The notes: generated from the sequence alone by a model not told the origin. A stretch of DNA of 61,567 bases, filler included, from Basidioascus undulatus (GCA_000826855.1; 4 parts of 4 records of this genome joined end to end with filler, not necessarily neighbours in it); one strand, 5' to 3'; shown: positions 34,820 through 49,039, counted from the whole stretch's first letter. Numbers and translations are program-made.

Positions 34820-35429
34820 GATCTCTGTGAGGGTAAAGGTAAGAGGAAGAGTGCAGAGAGATGGAGTCCAGAGAGGCCTGCCCGCAGCCTGAACAACAAA
34901 GTTGCGAGCGACGTTTGCATGCCTGGACTTCTCCACGCCCTGCAAGAGCGCAGTGGCTCAGCCATGACTGAACAAGCAGATATTCCACTGTCTTGAAAAA
35001 GTAGACCGACAATTATATCACGACCACACACGCGCTCTGGCGGCGCAACGCCAGGCCAGTTGGGTTTGTCCTGGACTTTATCCGACGCTGACATTTGAAC
35101 GTGTACGCGTGTGCATCGGTCTTGCCGAGGAGCGCACCTCCGCTTCTGATTCTGGAGGAGACCCCAAATGGTCTCTAAAAAACAAGCAACAAGTAGTATA
35201 CTGCTACGCAACTGTGGAATGACGCCGCGTATAAAGACTGCTCGCGAGGAGGCTTGGCGACTGGATAGCGCGGACGTCCTACCCTTCTTCAGGCGGATGG
35301 CTTTGAAAAAACCACACCCCCGCGCCTTGAGCGTTACACGAAGCCCGTTAACACAAAAAATAATCTGGATACGTACCCCATAAAGGCTGTTTGAATCGTG
35401 TCCTGAGCCAAAATATATTGAAAAGACAC

Positions 35430-36620
35430 TGATCAAGTATGTAATTCCATATATGAAACTACGGACCGAAAGGTCTAAGATGAACGGTAGCGATAAGGCA
35501 GTGGGGTGTCCCACACTCATGTACATCATGATGCTCGCGAGCATAGGCTCCCACAAGAGCGCCATGGACGGCCTACTGAGTATAGTGCGAACGCGCTTTC
35601 CAACCTTCTGCTTGTGCTGTTCGATGGGCGAGTACCTGCAGGAGTCGCCCGTCTCCTTGCGCAGCCGCTCGGTACGGCCTTGAGCAGGAGGAGGGCGTAC
35701 TGCAGGCGGCGGTTTCAGCAAACCTGCTCCGTCAAATCAGAACACCTCACTCTTTCGTGAATGGTGAAGATAGACATGAGAGAAGGCAGACGAAGGCCTG
35801 TACCAGGAAAGGCGGTTAGTGTCCCGAACGCTGGGGAATATGAAAAGGAAGTCGGGACGTACGAAGCCCGTGAGGAGCCAGTACAGCGCGCGCCAGGTGA
35901 TGCCATTCACAACCAGGTACCTCGATACTAGCGGCCCTATGGCTGAGCCGAGGAAAGGGGTCAAACCGAATATGCTCATCGCGACGCCGCGGCGGATGGG
36001 GTCCCACTTGAAAGCTCAAAGTCAGAGGGGCGCGCCACACCGAAACGGACAGTTCCGAGCACTTAGGATATCGGCCAAGAGTCCACCACATACTACAATG
36101 GCCGAGGATGCGAACATGCCGCAGAGAACACGGCAGATGAGGCGCGTCTTGATATTTTGGGCGAACGAACGCGCAGCCGAGGTTGATCAACGTGTAGCAG
36201 GAAAAGCCGTTGAGCATGACAGTGCGGCATCCGTACGTTTCAGATAGCGGGCCAAATAGGAGTGGTCCCTGGATGGGGAGAGAATGTAAGCTGTTGACGG
36301 GAGGTTGAAGACGCAGGGAACGTACGACGACGAAGCCAGTAACTTCGCACAGATCACAGACGGTGTCAGTCGCCGTAACTCTGCAGCCGGCAGAAGAAAA
36401 CATACCGAATAGAGAAACTGTGAGTATAGTGACAATCTGTTTGTTCTCTAAATGCTGAGTTTATATCATCGTGTCGCTTGAAGGCGTGGAGAAGCGAACT
36501 GCAAGAGACACGGCTGGCAGGCGAGGGCCTGCAGTCGCGCCTGAACGTGAAGGCAGACGTACGGTGGCGTTGAGGACGAGCAGACCTATGGCTTCGGGCA
36601 AGTAATTAAGGCAGAAGTTC
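35430..36620 (-). pseudogene. MFS drug:H+ antiporter (DHA1-like) remnant
   Basis: GPLLFGPLSETYG.R, MSIFGLTPFLGSAIGPLV, WRALYWL, RLRKETGD, ILSRP..LLWEPML, FIYGITYL. It has several frameshifts and the C-terminal half is absent. Confidence 0.85.
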
Positions 36621-37490
36621 TCTCTGATTTTCAAGCTGTCAATATCGATTCAGAGTCTAGCTGGAAATGTGAGCAGCGGTGCGGCTGGTTTTGCGGATGT
36701 GTGTCACTGGCGGTGTCCTGACCCTCTGTCTGAACCTCTCGAATTTTACCTTGATCCATTTTCAAGATGTTTTATTTGTCGGTTCTTCTTCAGTCACCTT
36801 TGAAAGTTTATCTGGTCGCCGAACGCAGCGTCAAGTGGGTGTTGTAGTCTACGTCTAGCGTGCGCGTACCACGACAGCGTGCCATAGGAGGTGAATGGGC
36901 TAAATTGAACGCCGGTTCTTCAACTTAAGACTCCTGAAAGTCCAGGAAGGTGCAATATGCTCACTTTTCTGCACAACACGGCAGGGCAGTGAACTAATGA
37001 TCGGTCATACGTGTACGGCTGCGTTTGCAACTGGCGGGCTCACGATCACTTGCTCGGTGTGATCCTTGCGGGACTTCTGACAGAAACTCGATCTTGACCA
37101 GACTTCCAGTAGTATCACCAATGTCTACCATCGAGAGCCAGTATTTCAAGGCAACCCCAGCGACAGACCCCAGCGACAGACACTGCACAACGCTCGGGCC
37201 TCACAGCTAGATGTTGTGTCTTTGGGCGCCGGGCTAGGTTACGGTCGTGCGTGCCTCGCCGGACGCGCTGAGGGCGGCTGTCTTTTGCGAAGTCGCCACC
37301 CCGCCTTCCTGAGCACCGCGCTTGCTCTTTCATTTTGCACAGCACACTCACCTCCATGTGCGTTCAGCTCACACACAGACTTTCCAGATCAATCGCTGGA
37401 GTCCACCACCGAGGTTCAGGAGCTGACGCTGATTCTAACGGCTCTACCAGCTCACTTAACACCCCTTCCCCCACCCCCACATCTCCCACA

Positions 37491-39823
37491 ATGGCCGAGG
37501 ACCGCCGTGCTGGTGCGCCGTCTTTTGGGCCTCAGATGGAGGCTAGAGACACTGACGGCCGGGTGGGCCAATGCAGCGTACAAGAACAAGGGCGCGTTCA
37601 AGCAGGACGAGCTCCGCCGGCGCCGCGAGGAGCAGCAGGTTGAGATTCGTCGCCAGAAGCGCGAAGAGTCCGTCGCCAAGCGCCGTAACCTCTTCGTTGA
37701 GGCTTCCGGCCCCGAGTCGGATGACGAGAGCATTGCGAACGAGATTGACTCCAAGGTGAGCGAGGCGGTCCCGTGAGCGGTCCGCAGGTGGGGGTGTGGT
37801 CGGCGGAAGGCGGCGCGGGGGACAGTCCTGGCGCAAAATGGCAAGATGGGGCTTGTTCGAACACTGCCGGGACACTTGCGACGAAAACATACATCAAAGT
37901 GATGGTGCATGCTGACGCTTCTGTTTTGACCACAGCTGGCGGAGGAGCTGCCTCAGATGATCCAGAAGGTGTTCTCGGACGACGTTGACGCCCAGCTCGA
38001 GGCGACGACCAAGTTCCGCAAGCTGCTCTCTAAGGAGAAGAACCCGCCCATCGAGCGCGTCATCGAGTGCAACGTCGTGCCCCGCTTCGTCGAGTTCCTC
38101 TCCTCCCCCCACGGCATGATCCAGGTGCGCCCCATCTCCCTCGGACTCTACGTCAAATGCTCCATGCTGACAGCCAGGCTCTGTGTTCAGTTTGAGGCCG
38201 CCTGGGCTTTGACCAACATCGCCTCCGGCACGTCCCAGCACACCCAGGTTGTCATCGCCGCCGGCGCCGTCCCTCTCTTCATCCAACTTCTCTCCTCCCC
38301 CGTGCTCGACGTCCGCGAGCAGGCCGTCTGGGCGCTCGGCAACATCGCCGGTGACTCGCCCAAGTGCCGCGACTACGTCCTCCAGCAGGGCGCCCTTCCC
38401 CCGCTCCTCCCGCTCCTCGGCGAGAACCACAAGCTGTCGATGCTTCGCAACGCCACCTGGACCCTCTCCAACTTCTGCCGCGGCAAGAACCCGCAGCCGG
38501 ACTGGGAGCTCGTGCGTCCATTGCACTCTTAACTCCCGTTTGACAGTGATGATGGACTTTATTTTAACCTCCAGATCTCGCCCGCTCTTTCCGTCCTGAC
38601 CAAGCTCATCTACAGCATGGACGACGAGGTCCTCATCGACGCGTGCTGGGCCATCTCCTACCTCTCGGACGGCAGCAACGACAAAATCCAGGCTGTGATC
38701 GAGTCGGGCGTCTGCCGCCGTCTCGTCGACCTCCTCATGTGAGTTTCGCTCTTGCCGCGCAGATCTTAGGCATGGACCGAGCGCGCCGTGGAGGGTCTGT
38801 GAAGCCAGTTGACCACGCATACTGACCTTTTGGTCTTCAATAGGCACCCCTCCACCTCCGTCCAGACTCCTGCTCTCCGCAGCGTCGGCAACATCGTCAC
38901 CGGCGACGACCTGCAGACCCAGGTCATCATCGCGTCTGGCGCTCTCCCCGCCCTCCTCTCCCTCCTGTCCTCGCCCAAGGACGGCATCCGCAAGGAGGCC
39001 TGCTGGACGATCAGCAACATCACCGCTGGCTCTCCGCACCAGATCCAGGCCGTCATTGACGCCAAGTGCGTGCTTTCGATTCGTCCCTTCCTGGAGACAT
39101 GATCTGATGGGACGCCCTCTGGGTTGCAGCATCATCCCGCCCCTCCTCAACATCCTCCAGCACGCCGACTTCAAGACCAAGAAGGAGGCCTGCTGGGCAC
39201 TCAGCAACGCGACCTCCGGCGGCCTGCAGGAGCCGAGCCAGATCCGGTACCTCGTCAGCCAGGGCTGCATCAAGCCGCTCTGCGACCTCCTCAAGTCGAT
39301 GGACAACAAGATCATCCAGGTACGTTTAATCATGACTTCGCAGCGTTCGAAAACGCGGTCCTGACTCGCTGGGGGCCGTGATCAGGTCGCTCTCGACGGT
39401 CTCGAGAACATCTTGAAGGTCGGCGACATGGACAAGGAGGCGGCCGGCGCAGGCGCGATGAACCAGTATGCGCAGTTCGTCGAGGAGGCCGGCGGCATGG
39501 TCACCATCCACAACCTCCAACATCACGAGAACCTCGAGATCTACAAGAAGTGCTTCTACAGTACGTCCAGCGCCATTTCTATCGAACTTCGCGTCACAGA
39601 GCCTCACAGTTGTTCTCTGCAGTGATGGACAAGTACTTCCCCGACGACGAGGGCGAGGAGGGCGAGAGTGCGTAGTGTCGCCGTTATCCTTGGCTTCTGC
39701 GCGTACTGACGAGTTGTGTTTTACACAGCCGGTATCGAGGGCCCTGCCGTCGACGCGTCCGGCCAGTTCGGCTTCCAGGCTGCCCAGGCGCCCGCGGGCG
39801 GCTTCTCCTTCGGCGGCCAGTAG
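37491..39823 (+). CDS. SRP1: Importin alpha (karyopherin alpha), complete, multi-exon
   Basis: IBB domain [40 protein letters not shown] repeats [72 protein letters not shown]; ends GGFSFGGQ*. Confidence 0.97.
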
Positions 39824-41226
39824 ATGGCTTCCTTCTTCGTCTTCTTTTGGTGCGTCTGTGCTCGTCTCTTGCCGTATCAGCCGGTACCTCAGGCGAAGCT
39901 GACTCACTGGACCGTGTCGTTTTGTCCTTGCTTCGCAGGCTTTTTCCTCTCGTCATTTATCACCGGCGCGCTCAACCGCTGCTGCCTTCTTCTCTTTCGT
40001 AATGCCTCAAACGTCCAACGTTACGCTTTTGCACGCAACAATCGTCGTCGCCGCCGCCCATTGCATCATCCAACCCTTGTCTGACGGACAAGTCGCTCGC
40101 TGCATCTTAGATATACCCTCACGCGCATTCCTTTTGTCACACACACACACACTCTTGCATTGCTCGCCCGCGCCGCCCAGTCCCCATCTAAAGTTCATGT
40201 TGCCCCACCTATCCCATGCCTGTAGACCCCCTTCTAGTTAGTTCTTCACCACCACCTACGTTCGTATGCTGGCCCCACACGCTTCCTGTGGGGTTTTGAT
40301 TTCGCTTAAATTTTTTTTCGCACTTCGTTCGATATGTAGCTACATTGGTAATGCGCGGTTCAAGGGCTCGCTGCGGCGAGGCCTCTTGAAGACTCATTTG
40401 ACAAAATGCGGCGCCGGTGCCCTTGCTGTTTGTGCTGTCTGCTTTGTGTGGGTGTTCGTGCTTGGCCCGGCTGGGTTTGAATTTGAAAGAGATGCTGTTG
40501 TCTCTTTTTGGCTGTTTACGGTAGGCATTGTGATCATTGCAAGTTTGTGCGTCAGTTCGCGTCGCGCACGCTTTCCTTGCTGTCCAGACGGCCTCTTGAC
40601 CAACCTCGTCATATGAAGCACATCTACGAAGCCACGTGGGCGCTACGTGGATGCTCGTGCCTTTCTGTCAGCTCTTCGAGCAACCTGCCGAGCAACTTGG
40701 CCTGCGGCCGTAGGGACGACGCCCTTGTTCAATATTGACTAGGAAACCGCTGACCCCTCCGCTGCATGTGCCTGAGTCTTTACGCCGAAAGTAGTTATGC
40801 CTTCAGAAGTGAGGAGTGGCATACTGTAAAAGGCATATGTAGAAGCAATAAACACGCACAAACAGCGCTGCTGGAGCCGGCGAGTCTGTTACATTGAACA
40901 ACACGGACGCAAGAGCGGGTCACTCGCATCCCCTGTCGCCATATGCGGATGCCATTCTCGTAACGGCACTGTCAGACGGACCCATTGGAGGCAGGTATAA
41001 AGGGCCCAACACCGATGGACCACTTCTTTTCCCCATTCCCTTCACGTCTCTCGACAGCCTCGCTTCCGCAATCTGTGCGCCCATCCACCAGCACTGTCGT
41101 CCGACTGCCTGCTGACGCTGTTCTGGTTGTACTGTAGCTTCATCCTCGGCCGGTTCCGAGCCAGCATTCTTCCACCCATCATTCTCCAAACACATTCATT
41201 TCCACCACTCAACACTCCTTCAAGCA

Positions 41227-43298
41227 ATGTTTGCCCGCCTCAGTGCCTTTGCGGCCGTTGCCGCCCTCACCGCCACGCAGGTTGCTGCCCACGGTGTAAG
41301 CACGTTATTCAAGGGACTGTATTTCTGTGTAAGCCACAGGTTGACGGAAGGTGTGGGTGCAGTACGTGGAGATGATCGACTTTGACGGTGTCAGCGTGGA
41401 GACCTGTGCGTGCCACCCTTCCTTGTTCGAGGAGCGTCATAGGCTGATGCCGCAACATCTCGTTCTCAGGGCAACCGTTTCAAGGTACTTCTCCCGCTTT
41501 TCCCCCTATGACTCTCCACTGACTTGCCTCCTAGACCCCTACACGAACCCCGCGCCCCAGCGCATGACCCGCAAGTTCGAGGGCAGTGCGTACCGACTCT
41601 TTACTCTTGCAACACTGCATCCATACTCACTGCGTGATGCCTAAACCTCGAAAGACGGTCCTAGTCAGTCCCCATCGCTTTGGTATGCACAGGTCGTGAG
41701 CTCATGAGGTTCTGCCTGGATTGCAGTTCGTGTCGTGGGCGTCAAGACGATCCGATCCATACGCCAGTGTTCCACTGCGAGGTGCTGGCACGTCGCTTAT
41801 GACTTGGTTGTAGGCTGTAACGCCAACGGCGATACGGCAAACGAGCCGCTCCTCGTGGCCAACGTTACCGGCACTTCCTCCCAGCCTAGGTCCTGTGATG
41901 CAGCGTTGCCTTCGTCTTTGCAGCCGGCGCCGAGGTTGTGTTCCACGTACGTTACTTCGACAGTAAAATTTACTTGCGCAGGTTATTCTAACAGACAGTT
42001 TCCGCATTCACTGGACCATGTGGCATGGTACGTCGTCGCAAGGCCATGGAGTTATGCCTCCATGTCTCCATGCCTCGCGGGTACTGACCAATGTCGATGC
42101 GAACAGACTCGCACAAGGGCCCTTGTAAGCACAGTACCTTTGGGGGAGTGAGTTGACAATCACTACCTGGATTCGGGACAGGTCCTTACCTACATGGCCC
42201 AAGTGCGATTGAGAATGCTCTTCCTTCGATGCCGGTAAGTTTCGCAGCTCGTGGGAGGAGCTGCATTCGTGCTTCCTCGGGGAGTTTAGACGGGGCGGTC
42301 TGGTTCGCCATCGACGCTGCGGGCACGGTGCAGTCCGCCAGCGAGAGCATCTTCGCCTCTACGAAGCTGCTCAATGACGGGAACAGTAAGCCACTGTGAT
42401 CCTTGGTCTCGTTTGGCAGCACAGGCGGTTAACCGCTCCGCTCCACAGAGTGGTCTGTCAACCTTCCCACGGACCTGGAGGATGACCAGTACTGGTTGCG
42501 GCACGACTCATTGCCTTCACCAGGCCCAGACCGATGGCTCCGGCGGCGCTGAGTTCTGTACGTTCCTGGTATACTGCAGCAGCATCCAGTCACATCTATG
42601 CTGACAGCTTTGCCGCAGACCCCGCCTGCCACCAAATCTCGTACACCGGTGGAAGTGGTTCCGGCTCTCCGTCTGACCTGGTCGGTCTCTGTTGCGATAA
42701 CAAGGAAGATAACGATAACGATATTGACAAACAGAGCCTGGCAGGTCGCGTTCCCTGGCCCCCACAGCTTCAAGGACCCTGGTCTGGCCTTCAGCCTGAG
42801 TACGTCAAGTACCCGCACATTTTGCATTCTGGGCAGCAAACTGACTGTGGCGAGGTACGAAAGATAACGGACTACGTGTCTTACGTGACCCGTGAGTTGA
42901 CATGATGCTCGACGGTTGCAAAGCCCTCTGACATCTTCCTGGTGGCCGGTCCTTCTGTTTACGGCTCTTCCGGGAGCGACAACGCGGGCAACAACGACGA
43001 CATCTCCAGCTCTTCTGCCGCTGTTCCCGGAAGCTCCACCGCCGTCGATTCCGCTACCTTGGCTGTTGGTTCGAGCTCCTCTGCCGCTGCCCCTACCTCC
43101 TCCGACGTCGCCCCCGCCTCCTCTGGCGCCGCGTCCGCCTCTTCTATCGCCCCGACCTCGTCTGCTGCCAACCCCACCTTCGCTGACGACGCCTCGTCCG
43201 GCTCGCCCACCTCCGCTGCTGCGGCCAGCCCGAGCGCTTCCAGCCCGGTCGAGAGGTGCAAGCGCTCTGGCACCATCGGTCGCCGCCTCCAGCACTGA
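41227..43298 (+). pseudogene. AA9 lytic polysaccharide monooxygenase with Ser/Ala-rich tail; frameshifted
   Basis: Signal peptide ending VAA|HG (His1), SHKGP, VLTYMA, WFAID, QYWLRH, GAEF(Y)PACHQI, AFPG..DPGL. CAC GA CTC ATT GC CTT CAC at 42502-42520 lacks two bases relative to HELIALH and leads to a TGA at ~42550. Confidence 0.8.
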
Positions 43299-43566
43299 GG
43301 GCTCCACACCTCGGAGTTCGGTCCGCTCTTTAGGCCGACAGTCAATGTATCTGGCTTGGAGTCCTTAGCTATTCTCTATTTTCACCCGCTCGACGCGGGC
43401 ATTCATTTACTTTTCGTTTGGAATACAAGTGTGATCCGGCAGTTGTTCTTCGCCTTGGACGGATCACATTAGGGCCCCACAGGTACAGAAAAATGCGACG
43501 TCATGAACACAGCCAGACATCAAGTGAATCAACTAAAAGGGGATACAACACAGCGTCCGTCACCAG

Positions 43567-44749
43567 TCAAAGTGTAGTGTTCTTGCCATCCAGCCACTCC
43601 TGCATCTTGACGTAAAGTTCGTCGTGCGCTTCACCGTAGCGCTCAGGGAGGCCCTGCAGGATGGGGTACCCCAGCTTGGCCTGTCCGTACGCGAGGTAGC
43701 TGAATGCAACCCGAAACCCTTCAGCGTACGGCACGCGACAGTAGTGCGGGCGACGGGCGACTGCGAAGGATACCGTACCGATAGCCTTCCGGATACTTCT
43801 TCAGCTCCTCCTGGTCGATCTGGGGTACCTGACTAGGGTCCACGGGAATAACCTTGTCCTTCTCATAAAAGCTGCAATATGGCGAGAGCATTTGGACAGT
43901 CAGCCGTCGGCCCGGCGTGCTTCTTCCAAATGCAGCGTACCACGTACAGCTTGACCCATCGGGCTTTCCAGTCGTTGTTATGCTCCTTGTCTTTGAGGAC
44001 GAACCAGACGAATCGGCAGTCATTTTCGATGCTGTCGCGGCGCTTGATGAGTCACGTTGCTGCAGCTGCAGACGGAGGCGAAATGCTCACTCGACCCAGC
44101 AGCCGTCCAGGTTGAATCGCTGGGTGATCTGCGGTGAACGCGGCGTTAGAGCTAGACACAGAGGTTTGAACGCTAGGCAAAGCTTGAGATCATGCACCGT
44201 CGCCTTAATCTTTGCAACTGCACGCGTCCCAGCGCCAGGCCCGCTCGTAGCAAGGTCAACAGTCGCCCCATTCGCGCGATGCATTATGAAGTCCTATTTG
44301 CGTGGGTTTTAAGGTATGGAAGAAATTAGAACCATTGGTGAAAACTGGGCCTACCCCCTTGTGGAAGCCCTTTTTAGAGGTCTCGATAAAGTCATCGATG
44401 TGCTTCCCGCCCGACCAGGTTGTGAAGACGACCGCATCGTCCGAGAACAGCGCCCGGTACTTGTCCCACTCGCAGCTTTAAATGAGAATAGGAGGACTAT
44501 AAGTCAGTTTCGTATCTCATAGCATTGGAGGTCCGAGCGGCGTACGCATCCCGGTGGCACATCCATCCCTCAGCCAGCTCGCGGATCTTGAAACGCTCAA
44601 TCGCCTCTGGAGAGGGCGCGCGATGCAGCTTTATGAGTGAGATCGTTCTCAACCTCGATTTTAAACCAAAGCTTACCCTCGACGGTTCCATTGATGGAGA
44701 CCACGTTCTTCGGTAGCGGCGGCTGGTCGCCAATCTTGATGGGAGACAT
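43567..44749 (-). CDS. PEP2-like (pea pathogenicity protein 2) SnoaL/NTF2-fold protein
   Basis: INGTVE/AIERFKIRELAEGW..RDA/CEWDKYRALF..AVVFTTWSG, FIMHRANG, TRAVAKIKAT/ITQRF, DCRF, YEKDKVIPVDP, YPEGYR/YLAYGQ. Confidence 0.85.
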
Positions 44750-46209
44750 CGTTGCAGCTCGTCGAGTGTGGAGTGTCGACTCGGAGGATGCCTTGACTGA
44801 GGGGGATGGCTCGGAAGCTTCGCGAGCGGGCTCTCTGGGAAGAAGGAAGGCAGGTCTCTGAGGAGGGCCAAGAGGAACTTGTGATTGTCCAAGACTGCTT
44901 CCAGCTCGCTTTATACCTTCGCGGGCAGCTTCTGTATCCGCCGACGTCAGACGCCCGCTTGCCGTCTTCTGTGAGGTTCCGATCATGGGGGCTGCATCGA
45001 CCTTGCATTTCCGTACAGAAATATTGGCACCGGAGAGTGTGGGGGTCAGTCCGTGTGCTTGCGATGTGATGAAAGAAGTTCCGCAACCGTTGCGTCATGT
45101 GGGGGCGGGCAGGGCAGTGCGGAGGCCGATGAGCAGTGGCAGGTTGACGATGAGAAGGGCTTGATCATTGTCCAAGACAATAGTGGGAAGTTTCTCAATA
45201 CATAGTAACTCTAAGGCCCACTTACAGCCTGGGATGGCATTCCAGACAGCCTCACTATGTGGGCAGGTCCGGCAGTCGCAGACAACAAAGTCGACAGCCT
45301 TTTCATACCAATTGCAAACATTTGCAGTTGACCACTGTTACCAGATTAACTTTAGTTTTCGGCCCTTATAATGCTAGGGTTTCCTGTTTACGGACCTCGA
45401 TTCCCCTATGAAACCTCCCTTCTCCCCTTGGGCGTTCTACGCGTCAGGCACACAGCTCGGCCTTCTCAACGGATCACATTTCCACGCGAGCTATTGAAGT
45501 GAACCTGATTATCCTGTGATATTATAAGTATTACACACTACTTTAATGGAAATCCAAAGAAACAACCGCTAATCCTGCGCAAGCATCTTCGACGCAGTCT
45601 TGAGCTGCCCGTTCCTCTATCACCACGCAGACTAGCTCAAAGACAGAAGAACTGCTGTATCATAGTGTGTCAGCCTGCTTTTTCCCCCCTTGCCTCATGG
45701 GCATCCCCAGAGACGCGATGAGCTTACTTTCCACGACAGTCACTGAGCGTGATCAGTGGGGAGGTCAGTGTCGTGATGCGGAGGTTTACTCCTCAGACCC
45801 AGTGCGAGCGCCCCTCGAAGATTTACCTCTTGTATCGCTCATCAAATACGGTGAAGCGGCGGTGCGGACGGAGCGTTGGCAGCGTCCACGTCCGAACAGC
45901 AGCGAGTGTGGGACTGGCGCTCGCTGGGGTCGTTACTTCTTTGTGTGCTACCGTACCTAACCATCCTGCGCCTGTGAGAAAGATTTATTAGACTTTTCAA
46001 GAGCCAGCGTGCGCTGCGATGGCAGTTATTGGCAGTGTGGCACAAGACTGCAAGAGGCTGTACGTGGCGATGTCAGTTCGCGCTGCCGCGCCGTCGTGCC
46101 GAGCGTCTTCTCGCCTCGTCGTCCGTGTCGTTCTCCCCGCCAGCTTGCACTCCAACCATCTCTCCCTCGACACTCTCCTGATCTCCACAACCCCGACGCT
46201 GCTCTCAAT

Positions 46210-47346
46210 ATGGCGCTCCTCCCCCTCCTCCGACACTCCCTGGCCCTCCTCCTCCTCTCGCTCGTCCACGCCGTACACCTCTCCCTCCGCCTTTTCCGCT
46301 CCCTCCGCCGACGAAGGCGCACGCCCTCGCTCGACGCGTTCCTCCAAGGGAGCCCGAAGGTGCCCAGGAGTCTCGCCCTGATCTTGGTACAGAGCGAGAC
46401 GAAGGGACTGTGGGGTCGGGGAAGGCAGGAAGGCTGGATGGTCGAGAGTGTGCGGAGGGTAAGGGAGTGGTGTGAGGCTGCTGGCGTGAAGGAGTTGGAC
46501 GTGTATGATGAACATGGTGCGTCTACTTGGCCTAATTATCCATCATGACTATCTGGCACTCAACTCCTGGGGTTTGACCAGGCGTCCTCGTCACCCACTT
46601 CCCCTCACATGCCGCGCCCACCCCCCCCTCATCCACCAAGCCCGCCCTGCTCGACTCTCCCCCACTCTCCCCGCCCCTCACACCCACGTCCTCCAACGCT
46701 TCCCTGCCTGCTACCTCCTCCTCCTCAACCATAACCAAGCGCTCCGCCTCATCTCTCAAACCCGCCGTTTCGCTCCTCGTCCACTCCCGCACGACCCACC
46801 TGGCCTCATTCCTCCACACCGCCGGGTTTCCACCTGCCCCATTCAGAAAGCTTACAGTTCCCATAATGGATAAGGCCCTCCGCGAGCAGGCCTACCCGCA
46901 TGCGGACCCGGAGCTCATTGTGGTGCATGAGCTCCAGCCCAGCTTCTTGAGCGCGCCTGTGGGGCTCAGGGGATTCCCGGCTTGGCAGCTGCGGTTGGGG
47001 GAAATCTAGTGAGTCCTGTTTTCCTACCTGCCTTCCTTCTGTCCGCTCGGTCCCTCCATCCTTCTCCGAGTGACCGTCCTTCCCTCCCCATCCTCCTCCA
47101 CCTTTCCGCCCGTTTTATCCCCGTCACCTCTCCCGCCCCCTATTCTCCCGCTCTGACCGCTTCCTCCAATCCCTTCCTGCTTAATACCCACCCTTTCTTC
47201 CGGTACCGCTTCAAACTGACGCACACGCCCGCCCCCACAGCGCCGACCCCCCTCGCCCCCCCTTCTCCCGCGGCCCGCTCTCCGAACACACCTTCGTCCG
47301 CGCGCTACAGGCGTTTGGACGTGTCGAGCAGCGCCAGGGGCGCTGA
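46210..47346 (+). CDS. NUS1: Dehydrodolichyl diphosphate synthase subunit NUS1/NgBR, 3 exons
   Basis: N-terminal TM, KVPRSLALIL, WCEAAGVKELDVYDEHG, DPELIVV, LRGFPAWQLRLGEIY, FVRALQAFGRVEQRQGR* (C-terminal RxG). All exons are in frame. Confidence 0.9.
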
Positions 47347-49039
47347 GCCGTTTCCCTTCCTTTCGTTTTGGGTGCTGGTCGGGCGCTGGACGCGCGGCTG
47401 TGTTCGGGGGGACGCTGGGTCGAAGAAAATGGGTGAGAAGGGAGGGCGGAACGCTCATGGACGTTTTACAGTAGATGTACGATGTAGAGAGAGAGGGGGG
47501 GGATGGGTCAAAGCACCGCTGCATGCGCGGTGAGCGGAGGAGTAGGTCAAGGAATGCGCCTCGACTGGTCTTGCGATGCAGCGCGACCACTTTCCAAGTA
47601 AGATTTCGTACCAAGAAGTCCTTCCGAATCACAGTCCATTTCGATATCAGTTTTTCAGCTTTTCATTTTATCATTGCAAGCATCTACAGGCCGTAGCCAT
47701 CCCCTCGGGGACACTTCTTCCCACTTAAGTGCCGATCCCGCGCTCCGCGGGTAGGCGCTGCAACCTCCGCTTCGCCATCTGTGCCGCCTGGAGGTGGTGT
47801 GCTACAGTGAGGATAAACGCCACGCGACCCTCGAACGCCTCGGCGTCGTGCACCTCCAGCGTTGGCGGCTGGGCACCGAAACCCAGCAGCCCGTGCGTCC
47901 CGTCGGTGAAGATGGCTATCGGGGAGAAAGCTCAAGGGTGGTTGGTCCGAGTCTGTCCCGGGCAGTGTGTAAGCGCAAGGTATGTAACAGTTAGGGTCTG
48001 CTAAGGCTTTATGCAACGTAGGCGACCACCAGCATAGATGTTTTCCAGACCTTTCTCTTTCCTGAGTCCGAACGACTACCCCTCAATCTGCCAGCTCACA
48101 GCCCCATCCCGGCTTAACATCGATGGTCTGCCACACAAAGTCTCAGCGGGACTTCCAGTTCGCGACGCGCGCGGGGTCGAGCAGCCCGGTGCGGATGACG
48201 GCAAGGTCCGGGCGGTCGCTGCCGACGGGTACGATGCGCGTCTCGCAGGTCGTCGGCGACTCCGGGAGCACCTGAGTGCTAGAATAGATACCGGGACCGA
48301 GAAATGGGATGGGGGCGCTGCGCGGGTTGAGAGCGCCGCGGGGTGTAACTTGATGAGCTCGGGCATGCGGTTGGCTTCGCTGTTTGGAGTCGCGTTTTTT
48401 GAGAATTGACGAGAATGGGCGACGTATATGTGCTCGCATGACCCCTATCACCAATACACCAAAATACCAAAATACACGAGCTGGATTAAGCCGATGAGGC
48501 GTGTACAGCCACCCGTGTGGGCATGCTGCAAGCAGCCTTGAAAAAGCACTCTGTGCCGCTGCGTCTCGTCGCTGCTCACAAGCCCCGAGTCGCCCCCGAC
48601 GGGTTGTTGTTACAGGGTGGTACCACTCCCTCAGCCATCTACCGGGACCGTTAAATACTATGTTGCTACATCCAGAGTTTTATGAACCGTCCTAAGTACA
48701 GACAAGCAGAAGCCAGTAGAACAGGACACAAATGGCGATGGTCGGGTGTCACAGTAGCAATTTGGCAGGGCGGAGAATGCATGGGATCTGAGTGAAGGAG
48801 CTTGCACAGTCAAAAATTTTTGGCGTCCGATTCTGAATACGGCGTAAAGTGTGATAGCATGGCCGCTCAATGGGGGCTGCCGGAATGCAGCGCGTGCATT
48901 CCTTCGGCAAGTGAGAGAAGCGCTGCACCACCGTAACAGATCTGGAGAAAAGCTATCAACATACAAAAAAAAAGCCAAGTATTTGAAAAGCCCTGTCATA
49001 GAGTTTTATGAAGTCTGCTTAATAGGCTTGGATGTTCAC

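Noticed and set aside
36800..36970. Hairpin-rich stretch ending in TTTT as a possible SRP or RNase MRP RNA
   Set aside because: Stems are short and the conserved motifs are not convincing; an Infernal/Rfam scan would be needed.
37894..39333. 479-aa - strand ORF, the longest in the track
   Set aside because: Antisense shadow of importin alpha; no recognisable motifs.
47690..48400. Coding-like minus-strand fragments here and at 56400-57300
   Set aside because: Broken frames and no recognisable motif; not supportable as features.
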